Origin: an uncultured Acidimicrobiaceae bacterium
GTDB lineage: Bacteria; Actinomycetota; Acidimicrobiia; Acidimicrobiales; Palsa-688
Direction: 5' to 3'
DNA length: 64,000 nucleotides
NCBI GenBank assembly: GCA_963845605.1
Contig: CAWJSS010000002.1
Span: 343,018-407,017, forward strand
In this document: positions 41,799-54,220 of the stretch, in pieces
How positions within the stretch are numbered: position 1 is the first letter of the stretch
How the letters are laid out: every line of letters begins with the position of its first letter
Position numbers and translations under genes: made by a program
The notes under the pieces: generated by a model
Told to the model about the DNA's origin: nothing
Database searches by the model: none
The model's input: the letters and a program-made list of their open reading frames with translations, nothing else

Positions 41799-43419
41799 TC
41801 ACCAGGTGCGGCCTTGCGCCGCGTCGGCGACCCGGCGGGCGGTCTCCTCCCAGTTCGCGAGTTCGGTGGGGACCATGACAGTGGCTACCCCGGGGACTGA
41901 AAATGGAGTGGCTTCGTGGCCGGCACCGGGTTGGTCGAAAAGGGCGACGACGCGACCCGGCCACTCGGAGGCCAGCGCCTCCATTACCTCTGCCGATTGC
42001 CCGGCGTTCCCGTGTGCCCAGCCAACTATGGCGTCGTAGCCGCCCCGCCAGGGGTCAACCTTTCGCAGGGCGCTCAACGGCAGCGGCCCGTCCTCAGGTG
42101 TGGCGCCGGCCTCCGTCGCTGCCCCCGCTGCGCCCTCGGCATCGTGGTGGGCGCCGTTGGCCGCGGGCTCGTAACGGTCGACATTGGCGTACGCGGACAC
42201 GGCATCCGCCAACTCTGCAGGCAGCCCGATGAGGGCGAACTGAGGGCGACGCCGCCAACCCGGCCGGTAGCGACTGGAGCGTCGAAGCAGATCCTCGAAC
42301 ACGACAGCCGCCTTGTCCGCCACGGCGTCCCAGGTCGGGGGACGCTGGCCGGCCAGCGCCAACAACCGCTCCCGGAACGGTTTGTCGGTCAGCCCTCGGA
42401 CAATCGCTTCAGCGATGGCACCGGGGTCAGACGGCTGGAACCGGGCGTCTCGAGGCAGGATTTCCTGTAGCGACGAGTTGTCCCCCGCCATTGTGGGGGC
42501 GCCACACGCCATCGACTCGACGACGGGGAGGCCGTAGCCCTCGTACAGCGACGGGAAGACGGCCAGTTCGGCGCACTGGTACAGGCTGACGAGGACTTCT
42601 TCAGGCACGAAGCCGGGTATGAGCAGGCGGTCCTCCACCCCCAGCTGCTTGGCCATGACCAAATAGTGGTTACGGGTCAAGGGAGGGGCTTCGCACACGA
42701 TGACGAGCTGGTGGCGTTTGACCAGGTCCGAGGGGAGGGAGGCATAACCTTCGATCAGGTTGTCCACGCCCTTCCTCGGGTTGAAGGCGCCGTTGTAGAC
42801 GATGAACCCCTTTTCGAGGCCCCATGACGCCTTTTCGTGCTCGCTTGAACGCGCTTTCTCGTGATTCGGGCGGGCGGAAAGTGGGAGCGGTCCCACTTCC
42901 AATGACCGAGATGCGTTTTTCCGGGACCCCGAGCAAGCCCATGGCGTCGGCTTTGGCCGACTCGGACAACGTCAGCACCGCATCGGCCGTGCGCACCACC
43001 TCGCGACAGCACCGCCAGCGCCGGCGCAGCCCCGGGTCTTCGAGGTACCAACCGGGGAACACATCGGGGATGAGGTCGTACAGCGTCACCGACATGAGCA
43101 GGCGGTGGGTCGTGGCCTCTCGAGGCCAGTACACCCGCACGGGTACCTCGGGCTCGAACGCCGAGCTCAAGTGCACGACCGACGCCGCCGCCCAATCAGG
43201 TTTCGTGGTCAGCCAGTCGGCCAGGTCATCAGTGCCCTCGGGCGGGTCGAGCTCGGGATGGACCACGATCGAGCTCACGATCTCGGGATGACGCTTCACA
43301 ATGGCCCGGGTCAGTTCGATGCTGTAACGAGCGATGCCCCTCCCTTTATAGCTTGGGCTTTGCGCCGCCACGAGATCGAAAATGACGCCTCCTCCGGCGT
43401 CTGGCTTTGTCCCGGCCAC
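41799..43419 (-). pseudogene. GT4-family glycosyltransferase with ~170-aa C-terminal extension, with a frameshift in ~42800-42870
   Basis: The N-terminal ORF 42670..43419 is the GT-B N-domain (...VIFDLVAAQSPSYKGRGIARYS...). The C-terminal ORF 41799..42902 carries FIVYNGAFNPRKGVDNL and FPSLYEGYGLPVVESMACGAPTMAGDNSSLQE. The two frames overlap around 42800-42900. Confidence 0.75.
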
Positions 43420-43448
43420 CGGCGTAGCCTACCTTGGGCCCCGCCCGG

Positions 43449-43541
43449 GCCTGATGAGTTGCGAGCCTGATGAGCTAGGAGCGTGCCTGATAAGTTCGCT
43501 CTGTGCCTGATCGCAAGCGGCCTGATCACAAGCGGCCTGAT
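43449..43541. repeat. six direct GCCTGAT heptamers, spaced 16/20/20/15/15 nt, in a divergent intergenic region
   Basis: GCCTGAT occurs at 43449, 43465, 43485, 43505, 43520 and 43535. The last three are a 15-nt tandem repeat (gcctgatcgcaagcg-like). Confidence 0.85.
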
Positions 43542-44207
43542 CGCAAGGTGGCGGTGTGCGATGTCGTCGTTATAGGTAGTTACCCGCCGTTACCCGGGCC
43601 GGCGACGGCGGCCACTTTGGCCGCAGTAAGGAGGGCGTGGGACGCGGGCTTGGACGTGCGCGTCGTGTCGTACCGCACGGGGGCCGCTGACATAGCCGTG
43701 CCCGTGGTGGGCCCGCTCGCCGGCCGGCGAGTAGACCAGATCCGTCAGCTGTTTGCCAACCCGGCCGAGGTAGTACTGGGCCTGCAACGCGGGGTACCGT
43801 TTGCCGACCCGCGCCCGTCACAGCAGATGGCGACCGCCGTCGGCCTGGCGGCCGCCCTGCGGCGCTTCCGTCGGGCCACGCTGCTGGTGGGCGAGGACCC
43901 CGAGGTCATGCCGGCCTGTTTTCGCATCCTGGCCAGTGCGGTCGAAAGGTTCGTCGTAGCCAGTCCAGACGACGCCAGCGGGCTGGCGAAACAGTACCGG
44001 CTCAAACCAGCCATGGTCGTCGTCGAAGCGGTGGAACCGTACCCCCGGTTCCCTGATGGCGTGGACGCCGCCACCGCCGGGCTTTATGCGCCTGGCGCCG
44101 GCGCCGGCCTCACTGTGGTGCAGTTGCCCGCGACGACCCTGGCGGACAGGGCCCGGGCCAGAACGCGGCGGGCATGGGGCCGCGCTTCACCTTGGTCCCA
44201 AAAGTAG
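43503..44207 (+). CDS. hypothetical protein (GT-B N-domain-like start VVVIGSYPPLPG); start uncertain
   Basis: 234-aa ORF with coding-like composition but no motif I can name. The first 15 codons (PDRKRPDHKRPDRK) are encoded by the heptamer repeat, so GTG 43548 or 43554 (VAVCDVVVIGSYPP) is a more likely start. Confidence 0.4.
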   Translation: MPDRKRPDHKRPDRKVAVCDVVVIGSYPPLPGPATAATLAAVRRAWDAGLDVRVVSYRTGAADIAVPVVGPLAGRRVDQIRQLFANPAEVVLGLQRGVPFADPRPSQQMATAVGLAAALRRFRRATLLVGEDPEVMPACFRILASAVERFVVASPDDASGLAKQYRLKPAMVVVEAVEPYPRFPDGVDAATAGLYAPGAGAGLTVVQLPATTLADRARARTRRAWGRASPWSQK

Positions 44208-44377
44208 GCAGACTGGCCAAGCTCCGCTTCGAAGGCCAGGCCTGGTTGGGCCAAGAAGCAGCGGGTGAGCCAAGCAGTACTCGAAGCACCAAGGGCAGCA
44301 GGAGGGCCAGGGCGTTTCTAGGGCCGACGATTCTAGGGGTGGTCTGTTGCCAAAGCTCCTGAGCGGGTGGGCGCCGC

Positions 44378-46453
44378 GTGGCGCGCTCGTGGGGCCAACT
44401 GTGCTGGCCGGTATCGCACTGTTTGCTTCACCGGCGCCGGCGGGAGCGACGCCGTACACGGTCGCCACCGAACAACTCGTGCTCCAGCTCGGACAGTCCG
44501 GGTCTGGAGAACGCCTCTTCGCTGCTCGGAGCCCTGCCCGGGCCGGTGCCCCAGCTCTTGCCCGGGGAGCGCTGGTCTACAGACCTGCCCGATGCTGAGG
44601 CGGCATCGATCGAAATGGAGCTGGACGGGCGGCGCGGGGTCAATTACGTGTCACCCGTCGCGCCGGTGCGGGCCGCCGACCTGGTCCCCAACAACCCCTG
44701 TTACGACCAGACCTGCGGCCCGACCAAGCCGGTCACGGTGGAAAACCCTTTTGCCGGCGCCGGGGCCACCATCGTCCACCCGAACGGCCAGACGGACCTG
44801 TTGGCCATCCACGCCGCGGCCGCCTGGAGCGTCACGACAGGCAGCCCCAACGATCTAGTAGCGGTGCTCGACACCGGTGTCGACCCCAATCATCCCCAGC
44901 TCAAAGGCAAGGTGATCATCGGGCCGGATGTGTGTGCTGACGACCGGTCTCTGTGCTCATCGCCCTATGACAAAAACGGTCATGGCACGTTCGTCACGGG
45001 CATAATCGCCGCCGCCACGAATGACGGCATCGGCATCGCCGGCCTCGGTTGGAACACCAAGGTCATCGATATCAAGGTGCTCGACGATACGGGCAGCGGT
45101 AACAGCATGGACGAGGCGACGGGCATCTACGACGCCGTGTCCGCGGGGGCCAAAGTGATCAACTTGTCCCTCGAGTCCGAGCCCTGCAGCGTGGATGCGT
45201 CCGATTGCGGGCCGAACCAAGACGAGGAATCGGCGGTTGAGTACGCCGTCGCCCATGGGGTGGTGGTAGTAGCGGCAGCCGGTAATTACGACTCGACCGA
45301 CGCCATTTACCCGGCGGATTACCCGGGCGTGCTCTCGGTCGCCGCCAGTACCGACCAGGGTTCCGTCGACCCGGTTAACGGGGGGCCTTACCTGGACTTC
45401 TCGGAGTACGGCGATGCCGCAAATATCGCGGCGCCCGGGGTGAACGTCCTGTCCACCTGGTACGACGGCAACTACGCAGAGGAAAGTGGCACGTCGATGG
45501 CGGCGCCGCACGTGTCGGCGGCGGCAGCACTAATCATGGCGGCAGACCCGGCGCTGTCCGGTCCCCAGGTCACCACGCTCATCAGGCAAACGGCGGCGCC
45601 CCTGGCCTCGGGGAGTGCCTCCATCGACGGGGGGCTACTAAACGTGGGGGCGGCTGTGAAAGCAGCCGCCGCCCGGGCCCTGCCGGCCACGCTCGACGGT
45701 TATCAGCTGGTCGGCTCCAATGGGGGCGTGTACAGCTCCGGAGTGGCCGTCGCCCGTGGTTCCATAGCCGGTCAACGCCTGGTGCAGCCCGTGGTAGGAG
45801 CGGCCGAACGACCGGATGGGCTCGGTTATTGGCTCGTTGCTGGTAACGGCAGTGTTTTTGCCTTCGGTGATGCCCGTTTTTACGGGTCGGCGGCGAATAC
45901 GCACTTGGCCCACCCGATAACAGGCATGGCCGCTACTCCAGACGGGAAGGGTTACTGGCTCGTCGCTAAAGACGGTGGCGTTTTTGCCTTCGGCGACGCC
46001 CGTTTTTATGGGTCGGCGACCAAAATATCCCCGGCGTCCGGGCCCGCCTTGCCGCCGATAGCCGACATTTCCGCTACGCCGGATGGAAAGGGGTACTGGC
46101 TCGTTGGCAGTACCGGACGCGTCCTTGCCTTCGGGGACGCAGTTGTCTACGGACCGCCCGCCACCATGCACTTCACCCACGCCGTGTCCGGTATGGCCGT
46201 TACTCCCGACGGCAAAGGTTATTGGCTCGTCGCCAGAGACGGTGGCGTGTTCGCTTTCGGCGACGCAACTTTTTACGGCTCGGCGGCGGGCAAACCGTTG
46301 CCTCGCCCCGTTGTCGGCATGGCCGTCAGCCCGTTTGGCCTTGGTTACTGGCTGGTCGAGGCGGGTGGCCAGGTCCTTGCTTTCGGGTCGGCACCATACG
46401 AAGTGGCGGCGGCGAAGGTGGCCGTAGCGTCGATAGTGGCCATCGTCTCCTGA
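44378..46453 (+). CDS. secreted S8 (subtilisin-family) serine peptidase with C-terminal 6 x ~42-aa repeat module; 5' end probably frameshifted
   Basis: Catalytic triad contexts VAVLDTGVDPNHP (Asp), GHGTFVTGIIAA (His) and GTSMAAPHVSAAAAL (Ser). Six GYWLV..DGG.FAFGDA.FYGS repeats run from 45698. A convincing signal peptide (MPKLLSGWAPRGALVGPTVLAGIALFASPAPAGATPY) lies in the neighbouring frame (44347-~44500), implying an indel near 44480-44520. Confidence 0.85.
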   Translation: MARSWGQLCWPVSHCLLHRRRRERRRTRSPPNNSCSSSDSPGLENASSLLGALPGPVPQLLPGERWSTDLPDAEAASIEMELDGRRGVNYVSPVAPVRAADLVPNNPCYDQTCGPTKPVTVENPFAGAGATIVHPNGQTDLLAIHAAAAWSVTTGSPNDLVAVLDTGVDPNHPQLKGKVIIGPDVCADDRSLCSSPYDKNGHGTFVTGIIAAATNDGIGIAGLGWNTKVIDIKVLDDTGSGNSMDEATGIYDAVSAGAKVINLSLESEPCSVDASDCGPNQDEESAVEYAVAHGVVVVAAAGNYDSTDAIYPADYPGVLSVAASTDQGSVDPVNGGPYLDFSEYGDAANIAAPGVNVLSTWYDGNYAEESGTSMAAPHVSAAAALIMAADPALSGPQVTTLIRQTAAPLASGSASIDGGLLNVGAAVKAAAARALPATLDGYQLVGSNGGVYSSGVAVARGSIAGQRLVQPVVGAAERPDGLGYWLVAGNGSVFAFGDARFYGSAANTHLAHPITGMAATPDGKGYWLVAKDGGVFAFGDARFYGSATKISPASGPALPPIADISATPDGKGYWLVGSTGRVLAFGDAVVYGPPATMHFTHAVSGMAVTPDGKGYWLVARDGGVFAFGDATFYGSAAGKPLPRPVVGMAVSPFGLGYWLVEAGGQVLAFGSAPYEVAAAKVAVASIVAIVS

Positions 46454-46623
46454 AACCGTCTGCAGAACCTCAGCTTCCTCCTCGCATAGACCATCTGCGC
46501 CGGTCCCCTGGCCCGAGGTGCTCGGGGGGTAAGCTCTGGCTAAAATTTTGTGCCCATCCTGCCGACTAATTACTATTAGGGCGACTGGGCGGGGACCGGG
46601 GCTTATACAGGCACGGAGAGTCA

Positions 46624-49011
46624 TTGCCACCCAAACTCGTCCAGCGTCCCGGCATCGAGCCACCGCACGGGCATGTCATTGGCGGGCCAGCCGTTGGTGC
46701 CTCGACGAAAAGGCCGAAGGCCGAAGGGCTTACGCGTAGCCGGAAGCGGCGGAGAACGGCCGCATTTTCGACAACGGTGCCCCTTGCGATTTCTTGTCTG
46801 GCTATTTCGATGGTCCCGGCCAGTCCTTCCGGTGCTCAGGAAATGGGGGCAAGGGTCCCCGCTTTCGCTAAAGCTCAGGTGGCGGCCAAAGCTCAAGGCT
46901 GGCCAAAGCCCCAATGGCCGCCAAAGCTCCGATGGACAGCCCGAGCTCTTCCACTGTTGAGCTCACCGGTTTCGGCTTCGGGCACGGTCACGGCATGGGC
47001 CAGTGGGGCGCTTATGGTTACGCCACCGTGTACGGGTGGGACTACCAGCAAATTCTGGCCCATTATTACGGGGGCACCAGGCTCGGGACGCTGCCCGCTC
47101 CAGAACCTGACGTGACGGTCAACTTGACGGGCCTCGATGGCCACAGCGCCATTGCGTCCGCACTCAGCGGGGGACAGCTCGTCGCCACGTGGGCCGGGGG
47201 CCCCGGCTTTCGGCGGCGGCGTTCGAAGTGACCCGCTCGGGGGGCGTCGAGGTCATTTCGGCCGGCTCCGGCTGCGCTGGGCCATGGCGGGTACTGGCCA
47301 CAGCCTCGTCCCCGGTCACGATCGCCAGTGTCGCCGCCATCACTACTTCCGCGGGCGCGGCCACCTCGGCGGTACCGGCCGGGGCGTCTACGTCACTGGT
47401 GCGAGCGTGCCTACCGGGCCTCGCTCCCCGGCTGTACCAGGGACTTCTTGTAGCCGGGCTCGGGGGCCAAACGGACAACGTCCTGCCCCTCGAGGACTAT
47501 GTGGACGGAGTCGTGGCCGAAGAATCGCCGCCGGTGTGGGCCAGCACCGGCGGGGAGGCCGCTCTTCAGGCGCAGGCCATAGCGGCGCGGAGCGTGGCCG
47601 TGGCTCTGGTCTCGTCGACGGGTTCTATCTGTGACACAACGCAGTGCCAGGTGTACAAAGGGCTCCCTGACCAGTACGGTATGACCGCCGATGGAGCCGT
47701 TAGCTCGACTGCGGGACAGGTCCTGTACTGCGTGGCCGGCAGTTCTTGCGGGCCGGCGGGCAGCGTGGCCGTGACCGAGTACTCGTCGTCAACGGGCGGC
47801 TATTCGGCCGGAGGGGCCTTTCCTGCCGTACCGGACCTCGGCGACTCGGTGAGCGCCAACCCGGTGCACACATGGACCGTGCAGATCCCGCTCAGCAAGA
47901 TCGACGCCGTGTTCCCGGCTCTGGGCGCTGTGCAGCAGGTCGAAGTGACCCAACGCAACGGCCTCGGCCAACTCGGCGGCCGGGTCGAAGAGCTGGACGT
48001 GGTCGGGAACCAGGGGTCTCTTGTCTTAACGGGCGACCAGTTCGCCGCGGATTTCGACCTCCTCAGTGACTGGTTCGCCGTCGGGGGCGCCCAGGTGGCC
48101 CCTCCAAGCACCTCCCCACTTCGACTGGTCCCGCCACGTCGACCACCGCCGGCACCACGACTTCGACCGGAGGCGGGACCGCGGCGACCACGGCAGGCGC
48201 CAAGCCGGTGCCGGCGCCGAGCGAGGAGGCGCGGTCTCTGCTCAGCAACGGCTATTGGGTGGCCAATTCGCATGGCGATGTGGCGGCTTTCGGCGAAGCG
48301 ACCGGCTACGGGACGGCGGCCGGCACGTCGTTGCAGGGGATCGTATCGGGCATGGCGGCGACGCCTGACAACAAGGGTTACTGGCTGGTGGGCAGCAACG
48401 GTGGCGTCCTCGCCTTCGGCGACGCCAGTTGGTACGGGTCGGCCAGCAAGCTCCACCTGGCCCAGCAAATGGTAGGCATGGCCCCCACCCCCAACGGCAG
48501 AGGCTATTGGCTGGTGGCCAGCGACGGCGGGATTTTCGCTTACGGGAACGCCCACTTTTACGGTTCCATCGAAAAGCTCCATGGGGGCCAGCCCATTGTC
48601 GCCATCGCGGCGACGCCGGACGGGCATGGCTATTGGCTGGTGTCGAGCGCAGGTGGCATTTTCACCTTCGGCAACGCCCGTTTTTACGGGTCAGGTGGCG
48701 ACATCCACCTGAAGAAGAAGATCATCGGCATCGTCCCGAGCTCCGATGGGCGGGGTTATTTCCTGATGGCCAAGGACGGTGGGGTGTTTGCCTTTGGCGA
48801 CGCGCACTTCCTCGGATCCCTCCCCGGTAAGGGCATCGCTACCTCTGTCGCCGCCGTGACCCCGACCAACGGCGGGCGCGGGTACTACGTGGTGGGCACG
48901 AACGGCCGAGTGTACGCCTTCGGAGCCGCCACACCGGCCCGGGAACTGGAGGGAGCGGGCCTCAGCCTGGCCGGGGCGGTAGCTATTGTCGGCTACCGCT
49001 CGCTGGTTTAG
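46624..49011 (+). pseudogene. SpoIID/LytB-domain protein with C-terminal 6 x ~42-aa repeat module; up to three frameshifts
   Basis: Frame 1 (46624-~46900) gives a basic and hydrophobic signal-like N-terminus (RKRRRTAAFSTTVPLAISCLAISMVPASPSGA). Frame 0 (46914..47231) gives GFGHGHGMGQWGAYGYATVYGWDYQQILAHYYGGTRL. Frame 2 (47189..~48100) gives LEDYVDGVVAEESPP...ALQAQAIAARSVA...CDTTQCQVYKG. Frame 1 (from ~48100 to 49011) gives a Thr/Gly linker and six GYWLV-type repeats. Shifts lie near 46900, 47195-47206 (G5/C4 runs) and 48090-48125. Confidence 0.75.
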
Positions 49012-49053
49012 CGGCCCCTTCTTTGGCTGCGCGCCGGCATGGGGGGTGTGCCG

Positions 49054-51913
<2,860 letters not shown>

Positions 51914-52166
51914 TTCCTGCCTATGACGGTCCGGTTGTGGCCCGCGCCACGGGGAAGCCGACCTCGACGACAAGGCGCTCGTCGACGGGCCCCGGCTTCC
52001 CCACCCCCCATGCCTTCATCAGCGCCGGTGCGATGACCGGCACACTAGCCAATCTCCCGTCGCGGTCTGAGCAAGGTCGAAGGTGGGGCGGCTTTTCATC
52101 GTCCCGGCGCTCCCAACTAGTGTGGTGCGTTCCGCCACCCCGCTCGACGGGTATTAAGGAGAGCTA

Positions 52167-53306
52167 GTGGACCTGTTCGAGTACCAGGGCAAGCAGTACT
52201 TCGCCCGCTACGGCATCCCCGTCTCGCCCGGCGGCCTCGCGGTCACGCCTGACGAGGCCGTCGCAATGGCCGAACGAGTCGGCTACCCCGTCGTCCTGAA
52301 GGCGCAGGTGCAGGTGGGTGGGCGGGGCAAGGCCGGCGGGATCAAACTGGCGGGTAATACCGACGAGGCCCACGCCTACGCCAGCAGCATCCTCGGGATG
52401 GACATCAAAGGCCATACCGTCCGGCGGTTGTGGGTCGAGCATGCCTCGGACATCGCCCGCGAGTACTACGCCAGCTTCACCCTGGACAGGGGGGCGAAGG
52501 CCCATCTAGCTATGGTCTCAGCCAAGGGCGGAGTGGAGATCGAGCAGGTCGCGGCCGAGGACCCCGACGCCATAGCCAAGCTCCACGTCGACCCTTTCTA
52601 CGGCTTCGACGAGGGCATGGCCCAGCGTTTGGTCGACGAAGCGGGCATCGACGAAGAAGCCAAGCAGGGCACAGTGGAGGTGCTCAGCCAGCTCTACCGG
52701 TGCTTCGTGGACGGCGACGCGGACCTCGTCGAAGTGAACCCATTGATCCTCACCACGGACGGTCGGGTTCACGCCCTGGACGCCAAAGTGACCCTGGACG
52801 ACAACGCCGCTTTTCGCCACCCGGAATGGGAGGAGTTCGCCGCTACTGCGGAACTGGACGAGCGCGAGCGTCACGCCCACGAGTTCGGCTTGCAATATGT
52901 GGGCCTCGACGGTTTCATCGGCATAATTGCCAACGGCGCCGGCTTAGCCATGAGCACCTGCGACGTGGTGAACCAAGTTGGCGGCCGGCCGGCTAACTTC
53001 CTCGATATTGGGGGCGGGGCCAGCGCCGAGGTAATGGCTAACGCATTAGAGGTGATTAATTCCGACCCGAGCGTACGCTCTATTTTCGTCAATATTTTTG
53101 GCGGCATCACCAGGGGCGAAGAAGTCGCCAATGGTATAGTCACCGCCCTCGGCCGGGTCGATATCAAGGTCCCCATGGTCATCCGCCTCGACGGGACCAA
53201 CGCCGAGGAGGGCCGGGAAATACTGCGGACGGTCGAGTCCGCCAGCGTTATCAGTTCGCCGGACATGATCGAGCGCGGCGCGCCTCGCCGTCGAGCTGGC
53301 GGGTGA
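52167..53306 (+). CDS. sucC: succinyl-CoA synthetase beta subunit (last ~13 codons probably frameshifted; true stop likely 53314-53316)
   Basis: MDLFEYQGKQYFARYGIPV and VVLKAQVQVGGRGKAGGIK (ATP-grasp). After ...PDMIE the annotated frame reads RGAPRRRAGG*. The +1 frame reads AARLAVELAGEGK* and ends in the ATGA overlap with sucD, which is the usual arrangement. Confidence 0.92.
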   Translation: MDLFEYQGKQYFARYGIPVSPGGLAVTPDEAVAMAERVGYPVVLKAQVQVGGRGKAGGIKLAGNTDEAHAYASSILGMDIKGHTVRRLWVEHASDIAREYYASFTLDRGAKAHLAMVSAKGGVEIEQVAAEDPDAIAKLHVDPFYGFDEGMAQRLVDEAGIDEEAKQGTVEVLSQLYRCFVDGDADLVEVNPLILTTDGRVHALDAKVTLDDNAAFRHPEWEEFAATAELDERERHAHEFGLQYVGLDGFIGIIANGAGLAMSTCDVVNQVGGRPANFLDIGGGASAEVMANALEVINSDPSVRSIFVNIFGGITRGEEVANGIVTALGRVDIKVPMVIRLDGTNAEEGREILRTVESASVISSPDMIERGAPRRRAGG

Positions 53307-53312
53307 GGGAAA

Positions 53313-54197
53313 ATGAGCATATTCGTCGACGAGTCCACCAAAGTAGTGGTCCATGGCTTGACCGGTGGCCAAGCTCGTTTCCACGGCCTTCGCAACCGTG
53401 ACTACGGTACGAAAGTGGTTGCTGGCGTCAACCCGGCCAAGGGCGGCCAGGACGTAGAGGGGATACCGATTTTTTCCACTGCGGCCGAGGCGAGGGAAGC
53501 CACCGGTGCCAATGCCAGTTTTGTAGCCGTTCCCGCCAAAGTGGCTCCGAGCTCCATTCTCGAGGCGGCCAAAGCGGGAATGGAGACCATAGTCTGCATC
53601 ACCGAATGGATACCCGCCCAGGACGAGGCTCGCGTTTATAGCGAGCTGCATCACCTTTACCCGTCATCCCGGTTGATCGGGCCCAACTGCCCGGGCATCA
53701 TCAGTCCCGGCAAATGCAATATCGGTATAACCGCAGGAGAGATCGCGTTGCCCGGTGGCCCCGTTGGCATCGTCAGCCGGAGTGGCACCCTCACGTACCA
53801 GGCCCTGTACGAGTTGAAGCAAATGGGCATCGGCGTCACCACCTGCGTGGGGATCGGAGGCGACCCGGTCCCTGGCACCACCTTCGTCGACTGCCTGAGC
53901 GCTTTCCAGGCCGACCAAGACACCAAAGCGATAATGCTCATCGGCGAGATCGGCGGTACCGAAGAGGAAAAGGCGGCCGACTTCATAGCCGCCAACGTGA
54001 CCAAGCCGGTCGTTTGCTACATAGCCGGGGTGACGGCACCTCCCGGCCGGCGCATGGGCCATGCAGGCGCCATCATCTCGGGCAGCACGGGTACGGCGCA
54101 GGCCAAAATGGACGCTCTGGCCGCCGCCGGCGTCAGGGTGGCGCTCAACCCCACTGAGGCCGGCGAGGTCATGGCCGAGGCCGTGCGGTCGCTCTAG
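53313..54197 (+). CDS. sucD: succinyl-CoA synthetase alpha subunit
   Basis: SRSGTLTYQALYEL, the phosphohistidine loop MGHAGAIISG, and a length of 294 aa. Confidence 0.93.
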   Translation: MSIFVDESTKVVVHGLTGGQARFHGLRNRDYGTKVVAGVNPAKGGQDVEGIPIFSTAAEAREATGANASFVAVPAKVAPSSILEAAKAGMETIVCITEWIPAQDEARVYSELHHLYPSSRLIGPNCPGIISPGKCNIGITAGEIALPGGPVGIVSRSGTLTYQALYELKQMGIGVTTCVGIGGDPVPGTTFVDCLSAFQADQDTKAIMLIGEIGGTEEEKAADFIAANVTKPVVCYIAGVTAPPGRRMGHAGAIISGSTGTAQAKMDALAAAGVRVALNPTEAGEVMAEAVRSL

Positions 54198-54220
54198 CGA
54201 TGGCTCGCCCCTAACCACAA

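Noticed and set aside
46453-46740. c-di-AMP (ydaO-type) riboswitch upstream of the SpoIID-like wall enzyme
   Set aside because: The context is suggestive and there are GGGGACC and CCGAAGG strings. However, I could not find the paired conserved GGGGACCCA / GGGGUGAAUC-type cores or the pseudo-twofold architecture, so I cannot support it without a covariance-model search.
44215-46930. Recurring GGCCAAAG / GCCAAG strings (44215-44300, 46870-46925, also 36130-36215)
   Set aside because: These short motifs occur in locally repetitive stretches. The similarity is too short and degenerate to distinguish from chance or local slippage without statistics.
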